Shown: positions 37,157-54,119, counted from the stretch's first letter. The stretch is 64,000 nt of DNA from Planctomycetota bacterium (GCA_024277065.1 JAJRVY010000179.1:7645-71644); one strand, 5' to 3'. Numbers and translations are program-made. Notes: generated by a model not told the origin, from the sequence alone.

Positions 37157-38995
37157 CTATTCGTCGTCGTCGGGGAAGAACTCGCGGAGTCGATCCCTGG
37201 CCGTGCCGCTGTCGTCGATCAGGAGCGCCACCTCGCGGTGGTCGCGGGCCTTTTTCGCAAGGCCGGTCTCGGCGGCCAGCACGGCGAGGAAGACGTTGCC
37301 CCCGACCTTGCTCTGGGACACGACCTGGCGCGACATGAACGTGAAGAGCTGGTCCGCGGACACCTGCTTCCACGGGATGCGGCGCGGCAGGCTGCCTGCC
37401 GCCGTCGCCACGCCCTCGCGATCCGCCTCCACGATGACCTCGTCGTGGCCCGCGTCGCTCTTCAGGTGCGTCGCCGGCAACCCGCGGTCCGCGACGCCCT
37501 CGTTCAGCCGCTGCAGGAACTCGTCCGCGAGCAGCGCGATGCGGCGCTTCTCCGCCCGCCACTCGTGGATCGTCTCACCGGGCGCGTTCGGCAGCGTGTC
37601 GGCGATGCGCAGCGCTTCCGCGAAGTCGTAGACCCCCAGCGCCGCCGTGAATTCCTTGCGCTGCTTCGCGGCGGCCTTCTCGCGATCCTCACGCGCCTTG
37701 CGATCGGCGACGAGTTGGATCTCCTGTTCGGCCCGCTCCTTCGCCGCCTGCGCGTTGCGCGCCGCCTTGTCCGCCCACTCGCTGCCGGCGTGGGCGTCGG
37801 CGACTCCCTGCCAGCGCCGCGCGATCTCGGACCACGCGCCCTGGTTGTCGCCGGCCCAGTCCTTCATGGCGTCGAACGCCTCCTTCGCCATGTCCTTCGG
37901 AGGTGGCGGGGGCGGCGTCACCGGGTTTGCGCCGTTCGTGGCGCCGGCCGTGTTCGCCGCTGCATCGATGCTCTGCGCAACCTCGTCGTCGCCTCCGCGC
38001 AGCAGCAGCAGCGCCCCGAACGCGAGAACGACGACGGCGACGATGCCGCCGACGACGACGGCCGTGGGGGGCGCTCCCGACCTGCGCCGCGGGGCCCGGC
38101 CGGCGCGCGTGTGGCGCGTGCCGTGACCGCCCTTGCGACGCGTGCCGGGCTTGCCCGCGCCCCGCGCCAGCAGCGGCGTCAGCGCCGTCACGGCCTCGGC
38201 GGCGGTCGGTCGGTAGCCCTTCGATGCCACCAGCAGGCGCTTGAGCAGATCGTCGTAGCCGCCGCCGAGCGCGGTGTTAACCTTGCTCGCGGGCGCGAAC
38301 TCTCCCTTGACGTGGGCCGCCAGGATGCGGCGCACGGTCTTGCCCTGGAACGGCAGCACACCCGTGAGCATCTGGTAGAGACAGACTCCGAGCGCGTAGA
38401 CGTCGCTCTTCTCGTCGATGCGCTTGCCTTGACAGGCCTCCGGCGACATGTAGAGCGGTGTGCCCGCGCGGCTGGCGAGGTCCTTGGGGCCGGCGAGCCC
38501 GAAGTCCACGACCTTGACCTCGTCGCTGCCCTGCTCGAGCAGGATGTTGGCGGGCTTGACGTCGCGGTGCACCACGCCCTCGGCGTGGGCCGCCGCGAGC
38601 GCCTCGGCCGTCTGCAGCGCTATCCGCAGCGCCTTGCGCACGGGCAGCGTGCCGCCGCTGTCGAGACGATCCTGGAGCGTCTCGCCACCGACGAACTCAA
38701 TGATGATGCAGAACTGGCCCTGGTCCTCGATGACGTCGTCCACCTTGACGATGTGGGGGTGGTCGATCTGCGCGATCGCCTGGGCCTCGGCCACGAAACG
38801 CTCGCGGATCTCGGTCAGCTCGGCGAGGTCGCCGGAGAGGATCTTGATGGCGACCTCGCGGCCGAGCCTGACGTGCTGTGCGCGGCACACCCATGACGTG
38901 CGGCCGCGTCCGACCGCGCCACCGACGATGCAGCCGGCGAGGGTCGTGCCGTGGAACGGATGCGCCTTCGGATCGGAGATCTTGGGGTCGGGCAT
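37157..38995 (-). CDS. Serine/threonine protein kinase with a single TM helix and an extracytoplasmic domain
   Basis: Hanks kinase subdomains (VAIK, HRDVKPANILL, DFGLA, SPE) followed by a TM helix (VVVGGIVAVVVLAFGALLLL) and a Pro-rich linker. Confidence 0.85.
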   Translation of the reverse strand: MPDPKISDPKAHPFHGTTLAGCIVGGAVGRGRTSWVCRAQHVRLGREVAIKILSGDLAELTEIRERFVAEAQAIAQIDHPHIVKVDDVIEDQGQFCIIIEFVGGETLQDRLDSGGTLPVRKALRIALQTAEALAAAHAEGVVHRDVKPANILLEQGSDEVKVVDFGLAGPKDLASRAGTPLYMSPEACQGKRIDEKSDVYALGVCLYQMLTGVLPFQGKTVRRILAAHVKGEFAPASKVNTALGGGYDDLLKRLLVASKGYRPTAAEAVTALTPLLARGAGKPGTRRKGGHGTRHTRAGRAPRRRSGAPPTAVVVGGIVAVVVLAFGALLLLRGGDDEVAQSIDAAANTAGATNGANPVTPPPPPPKDMAKEAFDAMKDWAGDNQGAWSEIARRWQGVADAHAGSEWADKAARNAQAAKERAEQEIQLVADRKAREDREKAAAKQRKEFTAALGVYDFAEALRIADTLPNAPGETIHEWRAEKRRIALLADEFLQRLNEGVADRGLPATHLKSDAGHDEVIVEADREGVATAAGSLPRRIPWKQVSADQLFTFMSRQVVSQSKVGGNVFLAVLAAETGLAKKARDHREVALLIDDSGTARDRLREFFPDDDE

Positions 38996-39190
38996 CGGGG
39001 CGGCTCCGAGACGTTGACGAAGTGGCAGGTCAGTCGCGAGCGATTCCTGCCGAAATCGTAGGACGGAGTGGCGGACCGGGTTGTCGGGTCGCCCACGCGA
39101 TCAACTTGGTCCGGCCGCTGTCAGGGCAGAGGCTACACTGGGCAACGCGCGGCACGGCATTCGCCGCAGGCCGCCACCGGAGGTGTCTTC

Positions 39191-41800
<2,610 letters not shown>

Positions 41801-41939
41801 TCCCGGAACCCGCGGCCGGCGACGACGACGGGGTTGCGACGACGGGGCTGCGGGAACGGGGCGTTGATCCTTTTGCCCCGCGGTCCGTTAGGGTCGGCTA
41901 GAGCGATCCGTCCCGTGTGGATGGCGCTCCCAGGATGAC

Positions 41940-42986
41940 ATGAACCCTCCCGATTCCTCTCCCCGCGGCTCGATCCTCCCCGCGTGGATCGCCGGAGCCC
42001 TCGTCGTCGTCGTCGCCCTGCAGGTGCTCGCCGCCTGGCAGACGCGCGCCGCGCTGGACAGCCTCGACGCCACGGCGGCACGGCTCGAGAAGGCCGCCAT
42101 CGAAACCGAGCAGGTGGCGCGCCAGGTCAAGATGCTGGACGATCGCGTGCGCCGCATCGAGGTCGTCGCCGACGAGTGGGACTTCCTGATCGATGATGTC
42201 GAGAAGATCAACGGACAGGTTTCCGACCTCATCCGCGCCCTCGAGGGGCGCGATGGCCTGGACATCGGCGGCGTGCCGCAGCCGCCGGACCTCGATTGGA
42301 CGGAGCCCGAGCTGCGCGAGGCTGCGCGGCAGGCTGCGGCCACGGTGGGCATCACGCTGACCGACGACGAGATCCGCATCCCGGCGCGCATCGTCCTGCG
42401 CGAGGGCATCCTCGAGTACTTCGCGGTCCTCAAGGGCGGCAAGGAGCACGAGTCGCTGATCTCCCTCGTGGGTAACGCCGGCGAGGGGGAGCGCCGTCCG
42501 AAGGAGTTCGGCGCGAAGCTGAACAACGCGATCCAGGCCCTCGGCTTCCGTCGCGGGACGCCCATCCGCTTCACGGCCGCCGGGACGCGGCCGGCCGAGG
42601 GCGAGACCATGTACCTGTTCGTCGAGTGGCAGGAGGCCGGCAAGCCGGTCCTCGTCCGCGCCGAGGACCTGGTCTGGGACCGCATCCGCGACCGGGCGAT
42701 GCCCCACGACGCGTGGGTCTACGTCGGATCGAGCTGGGTGGAGGGCGACGCTCCCGGCGAGTTGGTCTTCGCCGCCGACCTGACGGCCGAAGCGATTGCC
42801 ACGTACTCCGCCGTGAACACCATCATCGACACGCGCGCGCCGGGCGCGCAGGACGACACGGTCTTCCTGGTCGCGTCGCCGCGCCTGCCCGAGGGCGTCA
42901 GCGACTGCACGCTGATCATCCGTCGAGAGGACCGCGAACCGACGCGGACGTTCCCGGATCCGCGCGCCGCGGACCAGGATGAGTGA
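41940..42986 (+). CDS. Membrane-anchored hypothetical protein (N-terminal TM, coiled-coil, C-terminal globular domain)
   Basis: 348-aa ORF with no confident family match. Confidence 0.45.
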   Translation: MNPPDSSPRGSILPAWIAGALVVVVALQVLAAWQTRAALDSLDATAARLEKAAIETEQVARQVKMLDDRVRRIEVVADEWDFLIDDVEKINGQVSDLIRALEGRDGLDIGGVPQPPDLDWTEPELREAARQAAATVGITLTDDEIRIPARIVLREGILEYFAVLKGGKEHESLISLVGNAGEGERRPKEFGAKLNNAIQALGFRRGTPIRFTAAGTRPAEGETMYLFVEWQEAGKPVLVRAEDLVWDRIRDRAMPHDAWVYVGSSWVEGDAPGELVFAADLTAEAIATYSAVNTIIDTRAPGAQDDTVFLVASPRLPEGVSDCTLIIRREDREPTRTFPDPRAADQDE

Positions 42987-43971
42987 CCTCGCCGCCGCCG
43001 GCCGCGTCGTCGCTCGTGCGCGCCTGCGCCTCGCCGTGCGGCGCGGTCTCGAGCTCGCGGCGGGTGGCGCCCTCGGCGGCGCTCTCGTCGCGATCGTCGC
43101 CGTGTGCGCGCTGCGGCTGAGCGGCGGCGGCGCCGTGCCCGCGCCGTGGATGCTCGTGCCGGTCGCCGGCGCCGTGCTGGGCCTCGGCGCCGGTTTCCTG
43201 CGGCCGCCCGCCGCCGCGCGCGCCGCGCTGGCCGTCGATCGCGCCGCGGGCACCGACGAGGCGTTCGTCTCGGCGCTCACCGCCGCCGACGCGGATCGCT
43301 CGTTCCGCGAACTCGCGGCGACCTGCGCCCTGCGTGGGCTGGGCACGCGTCCGCTCGCGCGTCTGTTGCCGTTCGGGATGCCGCGGCGCGCCGCGCCCGC
43401 CGCCGTCGCCCTGGCGCTGGTCGTGGCGCTCGCCGTACTCGGCCGGGACGCGCCGGGAACCGGGGCGGTGTCCGACCCGCCGCCTGCGTCCGCCGCGGTC
43501 ACGCTCACCGGCGCGAAGGGCGGCGCGGGGGCCGGGCCGTCCCGCGGGGCGGCCCGGGCCGCCTCCCGTGTGCCTGCTCCGTTGCCGGGCGTCGGCCCCG
43601 CCGCGGGGCCGTCGCCGGCCGTGCCGGCCGGCGGCCCGCCGCTGACCGACGCCGACGTGCGGCGCCTGGCCCGTGATCTCGCCGCTCGCGGCGTCGCCGC
43701 GGGTGCCGCCGCGCTCGAGGCGCTGCGGCGGGGCGACCGCGCCGCCGCCGAGGCTCTGCTGCGGGGCGCTCTCGCCGCGGAGAGCGTGGCGTCGCCGGTG
43801 GCCGCGGCGGGAGTCACAGCATCCGCCGGCAGGCGGCTCGCCGGGCGCGGTGCCCCCGGAGCGTGGTCGGTCGGCACGTGGCCGCTGCGGTACGATCGAG
43901 AGGTTCGCGCCTGGCTGCGTCGGCAAGCGGTGACGGACGGGGGCGGAGACGCCAGGACGGAGGCACGGTGA
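42979..43971 (+). CDS. Ala/Arg-rich hypothetical membrane protein
   Basis: Overlaps the upstream gene by 8 nt and the ino1 start by GTGA. Two predicted TM segments. Low complexity. Confidence 0.4.
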   Translation: MSDLAAAGRVVARARLRLAVRRGLELAAGGALGGALVAIVAVCALRLSGGGAVPAPWMLVPVAGAVLGLGAGFLRPPAAARAALAVDRAAGTDEAFVSALTAADADRSFRELAATCALRGLGTRPLARLLPFGMPRRAAPAAVALALVVALAVLGRDAPGTGAVSDPPPASAAVTLTGAKGGAGAGPSRGAARAASRVPAPLPGVGPAAGPSPAVPAGGPPLTDADVRRLARDLAARGVAAGAAALEALRRGDRAAAEALLRGALAAESVASPVAAAGVTASAGRRLAGRGAPGAWSVGTWPLRYDREVRAWLRRQAVTDGGGDARTEAR

Positions 43972-45218
43972 GGTCAGAGTTCGCAACGCCGGCGCCCGAT
44001 GATCATGTGCGTGAGCACATGGGTGAGCACACGGGTGAGCGCAAGACCGGTGAGCGCACGATCGCTGAGCGCAGGATCGGCGTCTGGATCGCCGGCGCCT
44101 ACGGCAATGTCGGCACGTGCGCCGTGGCCGGAGCCGCCGCAGTTGCCCGGGGCCTCATGCCCGCCGTCGGCCTCGTCACCGAGGCGCGCGACATCTGCGA
44201 CCTCGAACTCATCTCGCTCGGGGGCCTGGTGTTCGGCGGCCACGACGTCCGCGACGGCTCGATCGTGCGCACGGCGCGGGAGTTCGGAGAGCGCAACGGG
44301 CTCTTGACCCCGGCGCTGCGTCTCGCCGTCGCCGACGATCTCGAGCGCGCCGACCGCGAGATCCGACCCGGCCTGCTCGTCAACGCCGGCGACGAGGTGC
44401 GCGCGATGGCTGCCGAGGGCTTCGTCGTCACGGGGTCGCCGCGGGAGCTGCTCGCCCGTGTGCAGGCCGACCTGCGCGCGTTCCAGGCCCGCTGGGAACT
44501 CGACGACGTGATCGTCGTCAACCTGATCTCGACCGAGCCCGACGCCGGCGCCGCGCCCGCCCTGTCGTCGCACGAGGCGTTCTGCGCAGCCCTGGACGGC
44601 GGGGGCGATCACGACGAGCACGGCATCCCGGCCTCGGTGCTGTACGCCTACGCGGCTCTCGACGCCGGGTTCCCGTTCGTGGACTTCACGCCGGCCGTCG
44701 CGTGCTCCGTGGCCCCGATCCACGAGATCGCGCGACTTCGCGGCGTGCCGTTCATGGGGCGCGACGGCAAGACCGGCGAGACGCTGGTCAAGACCGTCCT
44801 CGCGCCGATGTTCGTGGCGCGTCACTTCCGCGTCCTCTCCTGGGAGGGCGCCAACCTGCTCGGCAACCGCGACGGCGCCGTGCTGCAGGGCTCCGGGGCG
44901 CTCGCCTCGAAGGTGCGCGACAAGGACGCGGCGCTGCGCCGCATCCTGCGCGACGACGACATGCACTCGAGCGTGCGCATCGACTACGTACCCTCCCTCG
45001 ACGACTGGAAACAGGCGTACGACTTCATCCACTTCGAGGGCTTCCTCGGGGCGCGGATGCAGATGCACTTCCTCTGGCAGGGCTGCGACTCGGCGCTCGC
45101 CGCGCCGCTCGTGCTGGACCTCGTGCGGCTCGTGGATCTCGCGCGCCGCCGCGGGGAGGTCGGCACGCTGCCGCATCTCGCGTGCTTCTTCAAGTCGCCC
45201 GTCGGCGTCGCCGAGTAG
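43968..45218 (+). CDS. ino1: myo-Inositol-1-phosphate synthase (inositol-3-phosphate synthase)
   Basis: Strong MIPS family similarity (GVWIAGAYGNVGT NAD-binding; SWEGANLLGNRDG; HLACFFKSP). GTG start preceded by GGAGG. Confidence 0.85.
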   Translation: MRSEFATPAPDDHVREHMGEHTGERKTGERTIAERRIGVWIAGAYGNVGTCAVAGAAAVARGLMPAVGLVTEARDICDLELISLGGLVFGGHDVRDGSIVRTAREFGERNGLLTPALRLAVADDLERADREIRPGLLVNAGDEVRAMAAEGFVVTGSPRELLARVQADLRAFQARWELDDVIVVNLISTEPDAGAAPALSSHEAFCAALDGGGDHDEHGIPASVLYAYAALDAGFPFVDFTPAVACSVAPIHEIARLRGVPFMGRDGKTGETLVKTVLAPMFVARHFRVLSWEGANLLGNRDGAVLQGSGALASKVRDKDAALRRILRDDDMHSSVRIDYVPSLDDWKQAYDFIHFEGFLGARMQMHFLWQGCDSALAAPLVLDLVRLVDLARRRGEVGTLPHLACFFKSPVGVAE

Positions 45219-45390
45219 GCGTTCGCCGCGCAGGTCGATCTGCTGCACCGCTACGCCGAGACGGTCCGCGCCGAGCGCGCGTCGTGCGCGAGCGACGCGG
45301 CGGCGGCGCGCAGCCGGCGACCCCGCCCGGCGTCGCGCACCTGAACACCTGAACGGCGCCGCGGGGGCCGATGGTAGGCTCGCACCGCCG

Positions 45391-46614
45391 ATGCGCATTC
45401 TCTACCTGTCCTGCCACCCACACCTGCGCACGGCCTCGAACGCGGGGTACTCGACGCACATCCGCGAGACGATCGCGGCGCTGCGCGGCCGTGGCCACGA
45501 CGTCGTGCCCTGGATCGCCGGCGACCGCGGGGCGGCGCCGGGCGCGCGCGTGGCCGAGCGCCCCCCCGCGGTCTCGTGGGCGCGGCGCGTCGTGCCCGGC
45601 TTCGCCTGGCAGGGGTTGCGGGACGCCGCTCTCGTGCGGCAGGACGTGATGCTCGACCCCGAGTTGCGCGGTGTGATCCGCCGCGTCAGCCCGGACGTCA
45701 TGTACGAGCGGGCGGCCTACCTGTCGGGGGCGGGCGTGCGTTGCGCGGAGCGCTCCGGGACGCCGCTCGTCCTGGAGGTGAACGCGCCGTACGTCGAGGA
45801 GCGCCGCAACCTGCACGGCGCGGGGATGATGGAGGCCGCGGGACGGCGCTGGGAGCGGCGCGTCGTGCGTGGGGCGGCGCTGGTCGTGGCCGTCTCGTCC
45901 GTTCTGGCCGACCGTCTCGCGGAGTCCGCCGGCGTGCGTCGGGACCGCGTGCGCGTGCAGCCCAACGGCGTGGACCTGGCGCGCTTCCATGCCGCGGCGC
46001 CGTCGGCGCGCGCGGAACTCGGGGTGCCGCCCGGCGCGTTCGTCGTCTGCTTCGTTGGTTCGTTCATCCGTTGGCACAGGCTCGACGTGCTGATCGAGGC
46101 CGTGGCCCGGCTGGCGCAACAGGGAATCCCCGTTCACGGCCTGCTGGTGGGGGACGGCGAGGTCCGCGACGAACTCGTGAGGCGGGCGGCCGAACTCGGC
46201 GTCGCGGATCGCGTCACGTTCACGGGCACCGTGCCGTTCGAGCGCGTCCCCGGCCTCGTGCAGGCGGCGGACGTCTGCGTCATTCCGGGGCACGCCTGGT
46301 ACTGCTCGCCGATCAAGCTGTTCGAGTACGGCGGCGTCGGCAAGGCCGTCGTCAGCCTGGACTCGGCGCCGGTTCGTGAGGTTGTGCGCGAGGACGCGGA
46401 GTGCGTATTCTTCGACGGCAGCGCCGACGATCTCGCCGCCGCGCTGCGCCGGCTGCATGCCGCGCCGGCGCAGCGCGCGGCGATGGGGCGGGCGCTGCAC
46501 GCCGCCGTGGCCGAGCGATTCACGTGGGACGCAGCCGCGTCGCGCATCTCCGGCTGGATGACCGACGTCGTCGGTGGAGCCTGCGCGCTGACCTGCCCCC
46601 CCGTGGACTCGTGA
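45391..46614 (+). CDS. GT4-family glycosyltransferase (MshA/PimA-like)
   Basis: GT-B fold signatures (LEVNAPY, FVGSFIRWH, EYGGVGKAVVS, E-x7-E region). Lies adjacent to ino1. Confidence 0.75.
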   Translation: MRILYLSCHPHLRTASNAGYSTHIRETIAALRGRGHDVVPWIAGDRGAAPGARVAERPPAVSWARRVVPGFAWQGLRDAALVRQDVMLDPELRGVIRRVSPDVMYERAAYLSGAGVRCAERSGTPLVLEVNAPYVEERRNLHGAGMMEAAGRRWERRVVRGAALVVAVSSVLADRLAESAGVRRDRVRVQPNGVDLARFHAAAPSARAELGVPPGAFVVCFVGSFIRWHRLDVLIEAVARLAQQGIPVHGLLVGDGEVRDELVRRAAELGVADRVTFTGTVPFERVPGLVQAADVCVIPGHAWYCSPIKLFEYGGVGKAVVSLDSAPVREVVREDAECVFFDGSADDLAAALRRLHAAPAQRAAMGRALHAAVAERFTWDAAASRISGWMTDVVGGACALTCPPVDS

Positions 46615-46692
46615 TCGCTCAGGACAGTCGCCCCGCCTCTGTAGCCTGCGCTACGCGCCGCTCGGCGCAGACTCGAACTCCGGAGTGACCGC

Positions 46693-48177
46693 ATGTGTGG
46701 CGTGATCGGTGTCGTTGGCGAGGGCCCGGTGATCAGCGAGATCGCCGACGGCCTGCTGTTCATCCAGCATCGCGGGCAGGACGCCGCCGGGGCGGCGACG
46801 TACGACAGCAAGACGTTCCGTTCCATGAAGGGCATGGGCCTCGTGCGCGAGGTGTTCGCCCGCGAGGACCTGGCGCGATTCGTGGGGCACATGGGCATCG
46901 GCCACGTGCGCTACCCGACGATCGGCGGCGGCGGCGTCGAGGACGCGCAGCCGTTCCAGGTGAACAGCCCCTACGGCATCGTCATGGCGCACAACGGCAA
47001 TCTCACCAACTTCCGCCCGCTGCGCGAGGAACTCGAGGGGCGATGCCGCCGCCACGTGGGTTCGTCGTGTGACGTCGAGGTCATCCTCAACGTGTTCGCG
47101 GACGAACTGGCGCGCGGCGTCGGCGACGGCGACTGTGGCGATCCCCGCGACGCGATCTTCGCCGCCGTCGGCGCGACGTTCCGGCGCTGCCGCGGGTCGT
47201 ACTCCGTTGTCGCCATCGTCGCCGGCGTCGGGCTGCTCGTGTTCCGCGACCCCTACGGCATCAAGCCGCTCGTCTACGGCCGGCGCCGTGACGGCGACTG
47301 CTGGCGCTACATGTTCGCGTCGGAGTCCTGCGCGCTCGTGTCCCTCGGCTACGAGGTCGTGCGCGACGTCTGCCCCGGCGAGGCCATGCTCGTGCGCCAC
47401 GGCGAGCAGCCCGAGGCGCGGCAGGTGGCAGAGGCGCGCCCCAACCTCTGCATCTTCGAGCTGATCTACTTCGCGCGGCCCGACTCGATGATCGACGGGA
47501 TCAGCGTCTACAAGGCGCGTCTGCGGCTGGGCGAGGCGCTCGCGAAGCGCTGGGGGCAGCGACTGTCCGAGAGCGGCGGCGAAGGCGACGTCGATACGGT
47601 GATCCCGGTGCCCGACTCCTCGCGGCCCGCGGCGCAGCAGATGGCGTTCCGCATCGGCAAGCCGTTCCGCGAGGGGCTGCTCAAGAACCGCTACATCGGC
47701 CGCACGTTCATCATGCCCGGCAACGAGAACCGCCGCCGCGGCATCCGTTTCAAGCTGTCGCCGGTGCGGCTCGAGATCGAGGGCAAGCGCGTGCTGCTCG
47801 TCGATGATTCCATCGTGCGCGGCAACACCGCTGAACAGATCATCGCCATGGTCCGCGAGACGGGCGCGTCCGAGGTCCACATGGCCTCATCCTGCCCGCC
47901 GCTGCGCTTTCCGTGCGTCTACGGCATCGACATGAGCACCAAGAGCGAGTTCGTGGCCGCGGGCCGCGACGAGGATCAGATCCGCGCCTCCATCGGCGCC
48001 GACTCGCTGCTCTACCAGCGCATGGAGGACATGGTGGAGTCGGTCCGCCCGCCCGACGACGCCGAGCCGCGCTCGTTCTGCAAGGCCTGCATGGACGGCC
48101 ACTACCCGACGGGCGACGTCACCCCCGAGGTGCTCGATCGCATCGAGAGCGAGCGCCTGGCGGCAGCGTCGCGTTGA
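46693..48177 (+). CDS. purF: Amidophosphoribosyltransferase
   Basis: N-terminal MCGVIGV catalytic Cys, a PRTase motif (LLVDDSIVRGNT) and a C-terminal Cys cluster. Confidence 0.9.
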   Translation: MCGVIGVVGEGPVISEIADGLLFIQHRGQDAAGAATYDSKTFRSMKGMGLVREVFAREDLARFVGHMGIGHVRYPTIGGGGVEDAQPFQVNSPYGIVMAHNGNLTNFRPLREELEGRCRRHVGSSCDVEVILNVFADELARGVGDGDCGDPRDAIFAAVGATFRRCRGSYSVVAIVAGVGLLVFRDPYGIKPLVYGRRRDGDCWRYMFASESCALVSLGYEVVRDVCPGEAMLVRHGEQPEARQVAEARPNLCIFELIYFARPDSMIDGISVYKARLRLGEALAKRWGQRLSESGGEGDVDTVIPVPDSSRPAAQQMAFRIGKPFREGLLKNRYIGRTFIMPGNENRRRGIRFKLSPVRLEIEGKRVLLVDDSIVRGNTAEQIIAMVRETGASEVHMASSCPPLRFPCVYGIDMSTKSEFVAAGRDEDQIRASIGADSLLYQRMEDMVESVRPPDDAEPRSFCKACMDGHYPTGDVTPEVLDRIESERLAAASR

Positions 48178-48237
48178 TCGCGCGTCGGCCTGATCGAGCG
48201 CACGGCCGCGCACCCGGACGCCGCGCGGAACGCGCGC

Positions 48238-48981
48238 TCAGCCGTCCCACGGCAGATCAACGATCACGCCTCCGGCGCCCGTGGCCGCGTAGGCGTCGCG
48301 CCGCTCGGGAGCGACGCCCTCCACCCACACGAACGCTCCGCGCCGCCGCAGCAGGGGCACGAGACGGTCGCGCACCTCGTCCGGCGACGTGAGCGACGCG
48401 CGCACCACCAGATCGTCGGCGTCGGCGGCCGCCCGAGCGAGGTTCGGCAGGCGCCGCGCAAGGGCGCCGCGCCAGCCGCCGCCCTCACGCGGCAGCGAGC
48501 GCGCCGAGGGCAGTTCCCGCGCCGCCTCGCGCAGGCGCTTGCCGAGCTTGGCCGTGGCCACCACGACGAGGTAGCGCGCCCGCAGTGCCGCGACGCCGTC
48601 GCCGCCCATGATGCCGAGCGCCGCCGAGAGCGTGTGCGTGACGAGCGTGTCGTGGATGCGCAGGACCAGCCCGAGCCCGCGCCGGTTCGCGACGAGCATC
48701 GTCTCCTCGAGCGTGACGACGTGGCCGTCCACGGCGTGTGCCTTCCGTGCCTCGCTCAGCGTGAGTTCCTCGACGGGCCGCGCCTCGCCGCGCACCAGAG
48801 CGTGGTCGTGGGCGTGCACGACGGCCCAGCCGTCGGCCGTCGAGCGTGCGTGGACGACGACGCGGTCGAAGCCGGCATCCGCCGCGGCGCCGACCAGCGC
48901 GCGCCCGGACGGCGTGCCGCCGGGGCCGCAGGCCGCGATGTCGTACTCCGCGACGTGGACGGCGCGCTGCGGCGCGGTCAT
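48238..48981 (-). CDS. Glycerophosphodiester phosphodiesterase-like (GDPD family) protein
   Basis: VVHAHDHALVRGE...LTLSEARK resembles GDPD blocks. Moderate confidence. Confidence 0.45.
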   Translation of the reverse strand: MTAPQRAVHVAEYDIAACGPGGTPSGRALVGAAADAGFDRVVVHARSTADGWAVVHAHDHALVRGEARPVEELTLSEARKAHAVDGHVVTLEETMLVANRRGLGLVLRIHDTLVTHTLSAALGIMGGDGVAALRARYLVVVATAKLGKRLREAARELPSARSLPREGGGWRGALARRLPNLARAAADADDLVVRASLTSPDEVRDRLVPLLRRRGAFVWVEGVAPERRDAYAATGAGGVIVDLPWDG

Positions 48982-49823
48982 CGCGTCCTCCGCCCGGTGT
49001 GGGCGTCCACCTCGGCCAGGAACGGCTCGATGGCCGCGAGGCAGGGGCCGGGGTGCGAGACGAACGGCACGTGGCCGGCCGTGTCGAGGACGATCACGCG
49101 TGACGAGGGCAGCCGGGCCAGCGTCCGCGCCGCCCGCGGCGGCACGGCGCCGTCACGCCCGCCGTGGATGACGAGCGCCGGCTGCCGGATCTCCGCGAGC
49201 CGCGCGCGCACGTCGCCGTCGCGGCGCAGCGCGCCCACGAGACGCGTGCCGAAGGCCTTGGTGCGATGGGCCATCTGGCCGCGGAGGGCGTCGTTGACCG
49301 GGCTGCCGCCGGGAGGGTCGGACGACGACGGGATCAGGACACGCGGCAGAATGCGGTGGTACCAGCGGCGGGGCATGGCGTCGTGGAACACGGCGGCGCA
49401 GCGCGCCCAGCGACCCACGTCGCTCCAGGCGGCGAACGTGCCGAGGAGCAGCAGGCCCGCCACGCGCCCCGGATGCCGCAGCGCCGCGTGCAGCGCCAGC
49501 ATCCCGCCGAGCGATGCGCCGCCGAGGACGACCTTGCCGTCGCACCCGGCGCGAGCGGCGGCTTCCATCGCGAGGTCCGCGACGGCGCCGAGATCGCGGC
49601 CGCCCGGGAGCCGGTTCGGCGGGTTCCACAGCACCACGCGTCGCGCGTCGGCCAGGGGCGCGAGGAACGAGAACGAGCGCCCGTCGAGCCCGAACCCCGG
49701 GAGCAGGAACAGCGGTGTCGCCGCGCCGTGGGCGCCCTCGGGCTCGTACACGCTGACCGTCGTCTCCGCGACCGGGTCGCGTCCCGCGGGCAGGGTAAGG
49801 AGGCGCAGGCCGTCGCCGAGCAT
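48978..49823 (-). CDS. Alpha/beta-fold hydrolase
   Basis: GASLGG nucleophile elbow. Begins MLGDGL. Its stop overlaps the downstream gene start (ATGA). Confidence 0.7.
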   Translation of the reverse strand: MLGDGLRLLTLPAGRDPVAETTVSVYEPEGAHGAATPLFLLPGFGLDGRSFSFLAPLADARRVVLWNPPNRLPGGRDLGAVADLAMEAAARAGCDGKVVLGGASLGGMLALHAALRHPGRVAGLLLLGTFAAWSDVGRWARCAAVFHDAMPRRWYHRILPRVLIPSSSDPPGGSPVNDALRGQMAHRTKAFGTRLVGALRRDGDVRARLAEIRQPALVIHGGRDGAVPPRAARTLARLPSSRVIVLDTAGHVPFVSHPGPCLAAIEPFLAEVDAHTGRRTR

Positions 49824-49874
49824 CGCCGGGAGGATACGGCGCGGAGGCGGCGGCTCCTCGGTATCGTCCGCCCT

Positions 49875-53921
<4,047 letters not shown>

Positions 53922-53972
53922 CCACGCTCCGCGACCGGCGAACCCGTCCGGCGGATCGCGCCCGCCACACCG

Positions 53973-54006
53973 TCTCGAGCCTGTTAGTTGCGCTCGAGCC
54001 TGTTAG
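53973..54006. repeat. Two copies of CTCGAGCCTGTTAG in direct orientation, offset by 19 nt, between the convergent lipoprotein and thiE genes
   Basis: Read directly from the sequence. Confidence 0.5.
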
Positions 54007-54119
54007 GGCCCGCGCAGGAATGCCTTCCGGGATTCGGTCGGCTGCGGCGGCGTAGGACTGTGTTGCATCTCCTCCCCGACTCGGCTCCGCAATGAGTCGC
54101 GTCGTCGATGCGCCTTGTC

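Noticed and set aside
38996-39190. CtsR-like or other heat-shock operator upstream of clpC.
   Set aside because: Only a single GGTCAG half-site is present. No tandem heptad repeat or convincing -35/-10 promoter could be identified.
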